Shown here: piece after piece, positions 1 through 9,296 of the stretch
How positions within the stretch are numbered: the first letter of the stretch is position 1
Layout: every line of letters begins with the position of its first letter
Assembly: GCA_017505525.1 (NCBI GenBank)
Contig: JAFVPB010000015.1
Location: 26 to 64,025 of the forward strand
DNA from: Clostridia bacterium
Lineage (GTDB): Bacteria; Bacillota; Clostridia; UMGS1883
Reading direction: 5' to 3'
Length of the DNA: 64,000 nt
The notes under the pieces: model-generated
Database searches by the model: none
What the model was told of the DNA's origin: nothing
The model's input: the letters and a program-made list of their open reading frames with translations, nothing else
Translations under genes and position numbers: made by a program

Positions 1-136
1 CAATATTACAATAATAATTTGCTTTTTGGAATATCTTGTACTTCGTTATCTGCTCATCGGTTAACCTTTTTTGAACCACGCGACTATCGCGTGGTTTTCG
101 TTATACAATAAAAAAAGAGAGATTCCTCTCTTTTTT

Positions 137-844
137 TTATTTAAACTTCTCAATATAATAGTCGCATAGCTTTTTCAATTGTTCTTTATTTACTCTGCTT
201 CTTCCATCTGAAACTCCGCAAACTGCAAAGCCCGCTGATTTTGCCGTTTTAGCAGCCTCTAAAACATCTTCAAAAACAATGCATCTTTCAGGAGGGGCAC
301 CACACTTTTCTGCCGCAATCAAATACACCTTAGGCGATTTTTTGCCAACGCCCGTTTCATTTGTATCTGAAAAAGCATCAAACAAATCATATACTCCATT
401 GTTTATCAGAAGAGGCTTATAAAAAATTTCGGGAGAGCTTGTGGAAAGCGCTATTTTTTTATTATTCTTTTTCAATTCACAAAAAAATTCTTTAACACCG
501 TCTTTTAACAACAAGCTGTGCGAATACTCGTAAACTGCCATCTCCGTCCATTCTTCCATAAGACTTTCGGGAGAATCGGGAAGATTAAACCTTTTTATAG
601 TGTAATCTGCCGTTTCTTTGAAGTTCATTGTGGAAATAGCGGTGGAATAATCTTCAGGCACTTTTATAGCGCGTTTTTTCTCTAAAAACTCACAGTCGAT
701 TTTTTCCCACACACCCAAAGAATCAACTATTGTGCCGTCCATATCAAAGATGAATGCATCATAATTTAGAATTATATTTTTCATTTTCTGTTCCTTTTCT
801 GCAATTATAAAGCCGCTTCCTTTCGGAAGCGGCAAAAAAATCAA
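137..844 (-). CDS. HAD-superfamily hydrolase (beta-phosphoglucomutase-like subfamily IA)
   Basis: 235-aa ORF with the N-terminal 'FDMDGTIVDS' HAD motif I and a C-terminal 'CIVFEDVLEAAKTAKSAG' motif IV-like region. A bidirectional hairpin at ~112-135 follows it. Confidence 0.75.
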   Translation of the reverse strand: MIFLPLPKGSGFIIAEKEQKMKNIILNYDAFIFDMDGTIVDSLGVWEKIDCEFLEKKRAIKVPEDYSTAISTMNFKETADYTIKRFNLPDSPESLMEEWTEMAVYEYSHSLLLKDGVKEFFCELKKNNKKIALSTSSPEIFYKPLLINNGVYDLFDAFSDTNETGVGKKSPKVYLIAAEKCGAPPERCIVFEDVLEAAKTAKSAGFAVCGVSDGRSRVNKEQLKKLCDYYIEKFK

Positions 845-1122
845 CCATTTTCTATAGCATCTTCAAGCCAAAATTCTGCAATATCGATGGCTTCGTAAAG
901 ACTTTCTCTTGTAGCCTTTTTTATAACCTTTTCTTTTCCTGTGCCTTTATTTGTGCAAAGGTCGATAGTAACGCTTTCACTCACTTCGAGTCCGTTAACA
1001 TCTTTCTTTGATTTTATAGTAAAGATTATAATATACTTTTCGCTTAAATCACCATAATATATCACATCTCCGCGACGAACCATCGGCTTACCTTTGTATT
1101 TAAAAATTTTCTTTTCGTCCAT
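841..1122 (-). CDS. small hypothetical protein
   Basis: The ORF is trimmed to the ATG at 1122 (MDEKKIFKYKGKP...), preceded by an 'aaaagggg' RBS on the minus strand. Its stop overlaps the start of the downstream HAD gene (ATGA). Confidence 0.4.
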   Translation of the reverse strand: MDEKKIFKYKGKPMVRRGDVIYYGDLSEKYIIIFTIKSKKDVNGLEVSESVTIDLCTNKGTGKEKVIKKATRESLYEAIDIAEFWLEDAIENG

Positions 1123-1269
1123 AATTACACCCCTTTTAAAAATATTAAAAGACTTTATTTTTGTATTATAGCACAATTTTCATTATTAGTAAAGACTTTT
1201 TCTCTAAAATAAATTTATCTTTACTTTTTTATTTCGTTATGCTACAATTATGCGTAATATGAAATCTAG

Positions 1270-1815
<546 letters not shown>

Positions 1816-1817
1816 AA

Positions 1818-1843
1818 AAAGAGCTTTTCAGCTCTTTTTTTAT
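1818..1843 (+). terminator. rho-independent terminator after pyrR
   Basis: A GAGCTtttcAGCTC hairpin is followed by a T-run. Confidence 0.55.
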
Positions 1844-1864
1844 TCCATTAAATTTCGTGTTTTG

Positions 1865-2298
1865 TGCCTTTTTGCGCTCTGGCCGCCTTAAAGGGCGAAG
1901 GAAAAATAGTTCAGAACGGACAAACTGAGTCAAGCGAAGCTTGAGTTACCCGAAGCGACGTCAAAACAAAGCAGACGATGCTCCGTTTTGCTTAAAAGCA
2001 AAACTTACGCACTATGCTTTATTTTTCCTTCTCCCCAAAAAGCATTGTCTGCTTTTCGGGGTCCCCGAAAGTCGCAAGACTTTAAGGGGAAAAGGAGCAA
2101 ACGAGCGATAAGTTTAAGTTTTCCTAAAACTTAAACCTTAGCGAGCCTTGCGACGTGCGAGAGGCGAAGTTTGTTCGTAGCAAAAAGGATTAATAATATG
2201 AAAAAATCTAAAAAACGAGATTTTTCTACCATAATCTGAAAAACCTCATTCTTTCTGCTAATCACGTTTAATATTTTTCCTGCCTTTTTGCGCTCTGG
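1865..2298 (+). repeat. interspersed structured element, copy 1 (long-core variant)
   Basis: Bounded by 18-bp direct repeats TGCCTTTTTGCGCTCTGG (1865-1882 and 2281-2298). It contains the conserved 5' module '...AGTTCAGAACGGACAAACTGAG' and the 3' module 'GAGGCGAAGTTTGTTCGTAGCAAAAAGG-ATTAATAATA-GAAAAAATC..GATTTTTC-..-GCCTTTTTGCG'. Both modules are shared with the copies at 18567 and 31251. Confidence 0.6.
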
Positions 2299-2321
2299 AC
2301 TATTTTAACAAGCCCTTTTTT

Positions 2322-2346
2322 ACAACACAAAAAGGCATTCCTTACA
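2322..2346 (-). terminator. rho-independent terminator after rpmB
   Basis: A GGCATTCcttacaGAATGCC hairpin is followed by a T-run on the minus strand. Confidence 0.55.
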
Positions 2347-2378
2347 GAATGCCTTGCTTGAACCTATTTACAAAGAAA

Positions 2379-2567
2379 TCAGATAGCTCTTACAACTTTT
2401 CCGCTTCTAAGACAACGGGAACAAACATGAACTGTTTTTGGTGTGCCATTAACGATAGCCTTAACTGTTTTTACGTTGGGCTTCCAAGCACGGTTTGATC
2501 TTCTGTGTGAGTGGCTTACCTTAATACCAAAAGTAACACCCTTACCGCATACATCACATTTTGCCAT
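2379..2567 (-). CDS. rpmB: 50S ribosomal protein L28
   Basis: 62 aa, 'MAKCDVCGKG...HRRSNR.WKPN', the typical L28 sequence. Confidence 0.9.
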   Translation of the reverse strand: MAKCDVCGKGVTFGIKVSHSHRRSNRAWKPNVKTVKAIVNGTPKTVHVCSRCLRSGKVVRAI

Positions 2568-2775
2568 ATCTATTTTACCTCCTTAGGATAGCATTTCTTT
2601 TTAAACGCAACTAAGTTGCTTTTCATACGCAAAAGATATTCTAACAGAAATAAACCCAAAATGCAAGCATTTTTTTATATTTTTTTTAAATATATTTCAG
2701 CGAGTGCTTTTTTCTTGATTTTAAAGGGTGAAATATGTATAATATGTATAATAGTAATTAGTGCGGAGGAGTATT

Positions 2776-5283
2776 ATGATTTCAGATAAAAAAAAGCTTC
2801 TTATAATAGACGGGAACAGTATTGTTAACCGTGCTTACTACGGCGTGCGCCCTCTTTCCACCAAGGCAGGAATTCCCACAAATGCAATATACGGCTTTAT
2901 GAATATTATGCTTAAATATCTTGACGAGTATAATCCCGAGTATTTATGCGTTGCTTTCGATTTAAAAGCTCCCACCTTCAGGCATAAGATGTATGATTTA
3001 TATAAAGCCCAGCGCAAAGGAATGCCCGATGACCTTGCCGCACAGATGCCACATCTTAAAGAGTTGTTGCATTCAATGAATATAATGCAGCTTTCGCTTG
3101 AGGGATATGAAGCAGACGATATTATCGGCACTGTAAGCCGAATTTGCGACGAAAACGGAGTGTGGTGCGGAATTATCACAGGTGATAAAGACGACCTGCA
3201 GCTTGCAAGCGATAATACAAATGTGCTTTTAACCACCACACGTATGGGACAGACCGATACCGTTATATTCGATTGGGACAAGGTTATCGAAAAATATGGC
3301 GTTACCCCAAAAGAGTTTATAAGCGTTAAAGCACTTATGGGCGATTCGAGCGACAATATCCCGGGAGTTAAAGGAATTGGCGAAAAAACTGCTTTCGACC
3401 TGCTTGGTAAATTCCACTCACTTGATAATCTTTATGAAAATATTGAATCAGACGAAATCAAGAAAAGCGCACGCGAAAAGCTTATCGATGGAAAAGACGA
3501 TGCTTTCCTTTGCTACAAGCTTTGCGAGATTGATAAAAACGTACCCATCGAGTTTAAAATTGAAGATGCAGCTTTAAAGGAATATAACCTTTCCGCACTT
3601 TCAGATAAGCTTGAGGAACTGGAATTAAAGAAGATAGCCACACGCCTCGGGGCAGAGCCTGTGGAAAAACAGGCAGTGTATAAAGAGGCAGAGAATGCTG
3701 ATGAGAATATCATTAAAAGCTTCTCGGCCGACGAGCTTTATTTCCTGCCCGATGGTGATTATGTTACTTTTTTATGCGGAGAAAACGCTTACAAGGCAAA
3801 CATCACAGATTTAAAGCATCTTTTTGAAGATGAAAAAATCAAGAAAATAACCCATAAATATAAGGATATGTGCCACAAGCTTTCTTCCCTTTCAATAGAA
3901 ATGAAGGGCGAATTCTACGATACCGAGATTGCCGCATATATAATCGACCCAACTAAAACAGATTACAACATAGAAGAAATGTTTACAGAGCTTTCTTTGT
4001 GTGTTTCGGCTCAATCACTTCCAAAGCTTGTGGAAAATCAGCTTGAAATAATTTCTTCACGCAATCAATCGGAGCTTCTTTACGATATAGAGCTTCCTCT
4101 TTTAAAGGTGCTCTATGAAATGGAATGCTTCGGCTTTAGAATTGACAAAGACGAGCTTTCATCTTTTTCCGTTACGCTTGGAGAAAGAATAAAGTCTCTT
4201 GAAGAATCTATTTATTTTATGGCGGGAGAAGAGTTTAACATTAATTCCACAAAGCAGCTTGGAAAACTGCTTTTTGAGGATATGGGCCTTCCCGTTGTCA
4301 AAAAAACAAAAACAGGCTATTCCACTGATTCGGCAGTGCTTGAAAAACTGAGAGGGAAACACGAAATTATCGATTGTATTATAGAGTACCGCCATCTTGC
4401 AAAATTAAAATCGACCTATACTGATGCGTTTTTACCGCTTCTCGACAGTGAAAACAGAATACACTCCACACTTAAGCAAACTGTTACTCAAACGGGCAGA
4501 ATCAGTTCGGCAGAACCTAATCTGCAAAACATTCCTGTTCGCACTGATATCGGGCGAGAGCTTAGAAAAATGTTTGTTGCAAAAGACGGGTGCGTGCTCG
4601 TGGGTGCCGACTATTCACAGATTGAATTAAGAGTGCTTTCGCATATGTCGGGCGATGAAACAATGTGCGACGCTTTTATAAACGACAAGGATATTCACAC
4701 GATAACGGCATCGCAGGTTTTTAATGTTCCCGATTTTCTTGTAACCGATGATATGCGTTCGAGAGCGAAAACGGTAAACTTCGGCATTATCTACGGACAA
4801 AGCGAATTCTCGCTTGCGGGCGAGCTTAAAATAACGCGCAAAGAAGCCGCGGCGTATATAAACGGCTATTTTGAAAAGTACAGTGGCGTAAAGGAATATA
4901 TGGATAAAACCATAGAAAACGCAAAAAAAGATGGTTTTGTTACCACGCTGTTTAACCGCCGTCGCTATATTCCCGAGCTTAGCGCAAAAAATTTTAACCT
5001 GCGCTCGTTTGGCGAACGCGCCGCAATGAACACTCCCATTCAGGGAAGCGCGGCAGATATTATTAAAATGGCAATGGTAAAGGTGCACGATGCACTTAAA
5101 AAAGAGTGTCCTTCTGCCCGCCTTATACTGCAGATACACGACGAATTAATTGTTGAAGTACCCGAAGCCGACAGTAATCTTGCTGCAGAAGTTCTGAAAA
5201 GGGAAATGGAAAATGCAGCAAAATTATCTGTTCCGCTTATAGCAGATGTTAAAATCGGAAAAAGCTGGTACGAAACGAAGTAA
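2776..5283 (+). CDS. polA: DNA polymerase I
   Basis: An N-terminal 5'-3' exonuclease domain ('LLIIDGNSIVNRAYYG') is followed by a family-A polymerase domain ('ADYSQIELRVLSHMSGDE', 'QIHDELIVE'). The start is moved to the ATG at 2776, which follows a GGAGGA RBS. Confidence 0.92.
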   Translation: MISDKKKLLIIDGNSIVNRAYYGVRPLSTKAGIPTNAIYGFMNIMLKYLDEYNPEYLCVAFDLKAPTFRHKMYDLYKAQRKGMPDDLAAQMPHLKELLHSMNIMQLSLEGYEADDIIGTVSRICDENGVWCGIITGDKDDLQLASDNTNVLLTTTRMGQTDTVIFDWDKVIEKYGVTPKEFISVKALMGDSSDNIPGVKGIGEKTAFDLLGKFHSLDNLYENIESDEIKKSAREKLIDGKDDAFLCYKLCEIDKNVPIEFKIEDAALKEYNLSALSDKLEELELKKIATRLGAEPVEKQAVYKEAENADENIIKSFSADELYFLPDGDYVTFLCGENAYKANITDLKHLFEDEKIKKITHKYKDMCHKLSSLSIEMKGEFYDTEIAAYIIDPTKTDYNIEEMFTELSLCVSAQSLPKLVENQLEIISSRNQSELLYDIELPLLKVLYEMECFGFRIDKDELSSFSVTLGERIKSLEESIYFMAGEEFNINSTKQLGKLLFEDMGLPVVKKTKTGYSTDSAVLEKLRGKHEIIDCIIEYRHLAKLKSTYTDAFLPLLDSENRIHSTLKQTVTQTGRISSAEPNLQNIPVRTDIGRELRKMFVAKDGCVLVGADYSQIELRVLSHMSGDETMCDAFINDKDIHTITASQVFNVPDFLVTDDMRSRAKTVNFGIIYGQSEFSLAGELKITRKEAAAYINGYFEKYSGVKEYMDKTIENAKKDGFVTTLFNRRRYIPELSAKNFNLRSFGERAAMNTPIQGSAADIIKMAMVKVHDALKKECPSARLILQIHDELIVEVPEADSNLAAEVLKREMENAAKLSVPLIADVKIGKSWYETK

Positions 5284-5293
5284 AGGGATTATT

Positions 5294-5869
5294 ATGAAAA
5301 TGTTAGTTGGACTTACAGGCAAAACAGGAAGCGGAAAAACTACCGCTGCGCAAATATTCACACGTCTGGGTGCTTTTGTAATTGATTGCGACGAAATAGC
5401 CCACAAAGCTCTTTTTGATAAAGACGTTATAAAAAAACTTCTTTCAGTTTTTCCTGAAAGCATTTGCGAAAACGGGGAAATCGTAAGAAGCGAACTTGGA
5501 CGAATTGTTTTTTCAAACAGTGAAAAGCTGCAGATTCTTAACAGCATTGTACACCCATGGATTAATAGTGAAACATTAAAGCTCTGCGAAAGCTCTCACG
5601 CCGATATCGTTATAATAGATGGCTCTGAACTTGAAGCAAGCGGTATAGATAAAGAATGCAAACATATAATAGTTATGGAATCTCCCGAAAGTTTGCGACT
5701 TGAAAGAATTACAATGCGTGATTCAATTTCAGCCGATGATGCGCAAAGAAGAATAAATGCGCAAAAGGACTATTCAAAAAAAGCAATCGTAATTACTAAT
5801 GATTCAACTCAAAGCGAGCTTGAAAAGAAAATTGAAGAAGTATACAAAAAATTATCTGCGGAGCTTTGA
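5294..5869 (+). CDS. coaE: dephospho-CoA kinase
   Basis: P-loop 'GLTGKTGSGKTT' close to the N-terminus. The start is placed at the ATG at 5294 after an 'aagggatt' RBS; the longer ORF from 5246 overlaps the polA end. Confidence 0.85.
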   Translation: MKMLVGLTGKTGSGKTTAAQIFTRLGAFVIDCDEIAHKALFDKDVIKKLLSVFPESICENGEIVRSELGRIVFSNSEKLQILNSIVHPWINSETLKLCESSHADIVIIDGSELEASGIDKECKHIIVMESPESLRLERITMRDSISADDAQRRINAQKDYSKKAIVITNDSTQSELEKKIEEVYKKLSAEL

Positions 5870-5872
5870 TTT

Positions 5873-6427
5873 ATGAAATCTTTTTTAGCAAAACCCTTTA
5901 AAATTATTGTTTCCCTGCTTTTAATAATAACCATTATTTTTGCAAGTGTATTTATATTAAAAATAATTTTTCCCGATGAATACGGAACGCTTATCAAAAA
6001 GCATTCAAAGGAATACGGAATTGATGTGTATACCGCGTTTGCTCTTATTAAGGCAGAAAGCAACTTTAACCCCGATGTGGTAAGCCATGCAAATGCCAAG
6101 GGACTTATGCAGCTTACCAACGAAACCTTTCTCTTTTGCAAAAGCAACACATCTCTCGGTAACGATATCTTTAATCCCGAAAATAATATAAAGGCGGGAA
6201 TGTGGTACCTTTCGTTTTTGAATAACAAATTCAATCACAACACAGAAAATGTGCTTGCCGCATATAATGCAGGTGCTTCAAACGTTATTAAATGGCTTAA
6301 GAATGAAAATTATTCAGCCGATGGCATATCCTTGGAAACAGTCCCCTATGAAGAAACCCGCAACTATATAAAAAGAGTGCGCAGCTACAGAAAAATCTAT
6401 TATCTACTTTATCCTCAATACAGGTGA
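5873..6427 (+). CDS. lytic transglycosylase (SLT-domain), membrane-anchored
   Basis: SLT catalytic motif 'ESNFNPDVVSHANAKGLMQLT' and 'AYNAG', plus an N-terminal TM helix. Confidence 0.8.
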   Translation: MKSFLAKPFKIIVSLLLIITIIFASVFILKIIFPDEYGTLIKKHSKEYGIDVYTAFALIKAESNFNPDVVSHANAKGLMQLTNETFLFCKSNTSLGNDIFNPENNIKAGMWYLSFLNNKFNHNTENVLAAYNAGASNVIKWLKNENYSADGISLETVPYEETRNYIKRVRSYRKIYYLLYPQYR

Positions 6428-7374
6428 TACAAATGAAAAAATTACCTATTTTTCTTTTAATTATTATATTTCTTTTATGCTCCTGTGCTGAAAAAAGAAT
6501 TACAAAGCAAACCTTTTCCTTTGATACAGTTATAAATATCACCGCAGATAAAAGCGACGAGAAAAAAATAAGCGAAGCACTTACCAAATGCCAAAAATTC
6601 GAAAAAATTTTCAGCAGAACAAATCCCGAAAGCGAGCTCTATAAAGTTAACTGCGGTGCCAAAGAGCTTAAAAACGAGCATCTTTCACACGTCATAAACT
6701 TTGGTATTGAAATGTCGCGTTTAACAGACGGAGCGTTTGATATAACCATTGCACCGCTTTCTGACGTGTGGAACATTAAAGAACGCACCGCCCCTCCAGG
6801 GAAATCGGAGATTGAACAAGCACTAAAAAACGTGGGATACGAAAAAATTTCTTTTTCCCCGTTTAATCTTAACAACACAAAAATTGATCTTGGAGCGCTC
6901 GCCAAAGGCTACATAGCAGACAGGCTTCGGGAAGAATTTGTAAAAAGCGGATGTGAAAACGCAATAATAGATCTAGGCGGAAATATTGCTCTTATCGGAG
7001 AATACACCGTTGGCATCCGCGACCCTGAATCCCCCGAAAAAATATTTGCAACAATCAAGCTTAAAGATAAAAGTGCCGTAACAAGCGGAAGCTATCAGCG
7101 GTATTTTGAATATAACGGTAATAGATATCATCATATAATCGACCCCCGCACAGGATATCCCACAAGTAACTCTATAGCTTCGGTTACGGTAATTTCCCCT
7201 TTATCGATGCACGCCGACGCTCTTTCCACTGCCATTTTCGTTATGGGAGAGGCCGGGCTTAAGCTTTTAAAAAGCTTTCCCGATACCGATGCTTTAATTC
7301 TATTCGAGAACGGAGAAATCCTTACAAGCGATGGTTTTAAAGAAAAATATGACCTTAAACTAAAAAATAATTAA
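6424..7374 (+). CDS. apbE: FAD:protein FMN transferase (ApbE family lipoprotein)
   Basis: A lipobox 'LLCSCAEK' and the ApbE motifs 'FDITIAPL', 'DLGALAKGYIADR' and 'SGSYQRYF'. Confidence 0.8.
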   Translation: MIQMKKLPIFLLIIIFLLCSCAEKRITKQTFSFDTVINITADKSDEKKISEALTKCQKFEKIFSRTNPESELYKVNCGAKELKNEHLSHVINFGIEMSRLTDGAFDITIAPLSDVWNIKERTAPPGKSEIEQALKNVGYEKISFSPFNLNNTKIDLGALAKGYIADRLREEFVKSGCENAIIDLGGNIALIGEYTVGIRDPESPEKIFATIKLKDKSAVTSGSYQRYFEYNGNRYHHIIDPRTGYPTSNSIASVTVISPLSMHADALSTAIFVMGEAGLKLLKSFPDTDALILFENGEILTSDGFKEKYDLKLKNN

Positions 7375-7458
7375 TTAAATTGAAAAAAAAACTTGCATTT
7401 TACAATAAGTTGTGCTACAATACGATGTGTTTCATTATGCGTTGGAGGTGAAAATTAA

Positions 7459-7722
7459 ATGCCTAATATAAAATCAGCTAAAAAGAGAGTTCTTGTTATC
7501 GACAAGAAGACTATGGAAAACCGTATGGTTAAGTCTACTATCAAAACAGAGCTTAAGAAGTTTGAAGCTGCTGTAGCAGAAGGAAATAAGGCTGCTGCTC
7601 AGGAACAGCTTAACCTCTGCGTTAAGAAGCTTGACCAGGCAGGCGCTAAGGGCGTATATCATAAGAATACAATCAGCCGCAAAAAGAGCCAGCTTGCTAA
7701 AGCATTTGCAGCTCTCGCGTAA
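7459..7722 (+). CDS. rpsT: 30S ribosomal protein S20
   Basis: 87 aa, 'MPNIKSAKKRV...', the typical S20 sequence. Confidence 0.9.
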   Translation: MPNIKSAKKRVLVIDKKTMENRMVKSTIKTELKKFEAAVAEGNKAAAQEQLNLCVKKLDQAGAKGVYHKNTISRKKSQLAKAFAALA

Positions 7723-7747
7723 GTATAAATAAATACTTAAAAAACAA

Positions 7748-7775
7748 CCCAATGCAGAATGCATTGGGTTTATCG
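7748..7775 (+). terminator. rho-independent terminator after rpsT
   Basis: A CCCAATGCagaaTGCATTGGG hairpin followed by TTTAT. Confidence 0.6.
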
Positions 7776-7784
7776 TCGTTGAAC

Positions 7785-7833
7785 GGGAATGTTTAAAAAG
7801 TTCAGACCGCAAAAAGTTTAAATCGCAAAAAGT
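7785..7833 (-). repeat. terminal fragment of the interspersed element (end module only)
   Basis: 'GGGAATGTTTAAAaagTTCAGAcCGCAAAAAG' closely matches the reverse-complemented element end 'GGGGATGTTTAAAttcTCCAGAaCGCAAAAAGGC'. It is followed by a second partial repeat, 'TTTAAATCGCAAAAAGTTCAGG'. Confidence 0.45.
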
Positions 7834-8565
7834 TCAGGCTCTCGCTTTATTTACTATCTTGTAAATAATCCAGTAGAGTGAGTTTTGTTCCATCTTTGCT
7901 TTTGTAAGAGCCTCAAGGGCTCTTTTTTCGTCTGTTATTTCAATTTTTATTTTGGGATTATTCATTAAATCCCATAAAATATCGTTTGGCGTTTCTATAG
8001 TTTTTTGGGGTTCTTCCCTTAAAAGCGGCAGCAAATTCTTCTCGAAAGCCTTTCTGGTGTTCCCGCCAAAGAAATTCACACCGGGGCAGGTTTTAAGAGA
8101 AGTTTTTTTATTATAGTCTCCTATAAATCCCGCCGAAGAATACCATGCGTGATAGACAACTGCGCTTTCAGGTACAAGCTTGCACTTTTTTAAAAGCGCT
8201 TTCATCACACTCACTATTGTATTTTTTTGTTCTGTGGGCATAGTTTCAGCATCAAAATTTCCAAGGCATTCAATACATATTGCCCCCGTGTTGGCATTTG
8301 TTATGCCTGCAGGCTTAATATTTAAATCACGCCCCGAAACAACTGTTCCATCGGGAAATATCGTTAAATTCTGCGCAATGTCGCTGAATCCTCTTGATTT
8401 CACATGGTAATTTTTCATTCCCTGCTGAAGTGCCATATGATTATTTACTGAAAATGATTTTATATTTGGACTGTATGTGTGATGAAGCTGAATTTTTGTA
8501 ATTTTCCTTTTAAAATTAAAAGCATCTATGTATTTTACATATTCTTCTGCCGTATATTTTTTCAT
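7834..8565 (-). CDS. phage endolysin, N-acetylmuramoyl-L-alanine amidase (amidase_2/PGRP-type)
   Basis: Amidase_2 features ('IQLHHTYSP', 'ICIECLGNF', 'VYHAWY') sitting next to a holin gene. Confidence 0.7.
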   Translation of the reverse strand: MKKYTAEEYVKYIDAFNFKRKITKIQLHHTYSPNIKSFSVNNHMALQQGMKNYHVKSRGFSDIAQNLTIFPDGTVVSGRDLNIKPAGITNANTGAICIECLGNFDAETMPTEQKNTIVSVMKALLKKCKLVPESAVVYHAWYSSAGFIGDYNKKTSLKTCPGVNFFGGNTRKAFEKNLLPLLREEPQKTIETPNDILWDLMNNPKIKIEITDEKRALEALTKAKMEQNSLYWIIYKIVNKARA

Positions 8566-8575
8566 AATAAAACCT

Positions 8576-9007
8576 CTATTCTTTTTTATCCTTTATTGCT
8601 TCTAAGGCTTTTTTTATAAATTCGGGATATGGAACTCCCATTTTAGTTGTGTTTTCAACGATACTTAACCCCTCGTTCCCTATGAAAAACAGCATAGCTG
8701 TGTTGCGTATATACTCCGACCCCATAACGCTATCAATGCATACGCACAATGCTATCAGGCATAAAACACAAATCTTCTTTACTATTCCCTTAAATCCTGC
8801 ACGTGAGCTTGCCTTTCCGCTTTTGGTTTTATTGCTTTTGTGAAAAACAAATGCAAGCAAAAATCCCGTTATGTAGTCAATTACCATACAAACCAAAAGT
8901 GTTGCTAAAAGCTTGTCCCATCCGCCGAGCAAGGCTGATACAAATCCGCCAATTCCCGAAACTATACCAAGCAAAATATTTTTAACGTAATACGCTTTCA
9001 CATTCAT
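8576..9007 (-). CDS. phage holin (holin_4_1-like)
   Basis: 143 aa with three TM helices, the 'GGWDKLLATLLVCMVIDYITG' region, and a charged C-terminus. It lies immediately upstream of the endolysin. Confidence 0.7.
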   Translation of the reverse strand: MNVKAYYVKNILLGIVSGIGGFVSALLGGWDKLLATLLVCMVIDYITGFLLAFVFHKSNKTKSGKASSRAGFKGIVKKICVLCLIALCVCIDSVMGSEYIRNTAMLFFIGNEGLSIVENTTKMGVPYPEFIKKALEAIKDKKE

Positions 9008-9296
9008 CCTCCTTTACTGCATAAATTTCTCTTGGGTTTTCCTTAAAGTCATAGTTTGCAAGCGTTGTTACAAGCCCTGTTGTATAGCCTTTTATAATTT
9101 TGCCTGTTTCGTTGCCGTATTCATCGGTTGCAATTTCATCACGGCTCTTCTCGTGCAGTTTATAACCATCGCAAGGAAGTATTGTGTAGTTGACTACATC
9201 TCCGTTCTCATTTACACGTTCCTGCATAATGGTGTTTTCTATTTTTGTTTCAATATCTCTGTACATAAAATACCTCCTACGCCAAATTCCAACCAA
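8982..9296 (-). CDS. hypothetical phage protein
   Basis: The ORF sits inside the phage late operon. No recognisable motifs were found. Confidence 0.35.
   Translation of the reverse strand: MVGIWRRRYFMYRDIETKIENTIMQERVNENGDVVNYTILPCDGYKLHEKSRDEIATDEYGNETGKIIKGYTTGLVTTLANYDFKENPREIYAVKEDECESVLR

Noticed and set aside
1883-2280. Copy 1 of the repeat element as RNase P RNA, tmRNA, SRP RNA or 6S RNA
   Set aside because: I could not find the universally conserved motifs: the RNase P GGAAAGUCCGG or ACAGAA motifs, the tmRNA tag ORF or tRNA-like 3' end, or the SRP domain IV GNAR-AGCA motifs. The same modules also occur in much shorter copies.
2838-5139. Several antisense ORFs inside polA (2838-3356, 3229-3417, 3513-3713, 4159-4395, 4627-5139)
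   Set aside because: They are embedded antisense in a well-supported, conserved polA frame. They have low complexity, no RBS and no recognisable motifs, so they are spurious reading frames.
5246-5293. N-terminal extension of coaE overlapping the polA end
   Set aside because: The extension lacks an RBS and overlaps the polA stop. The ATG at 5294 has an RBS and gives a canonical P-loop-near-N-terminus CoaE.
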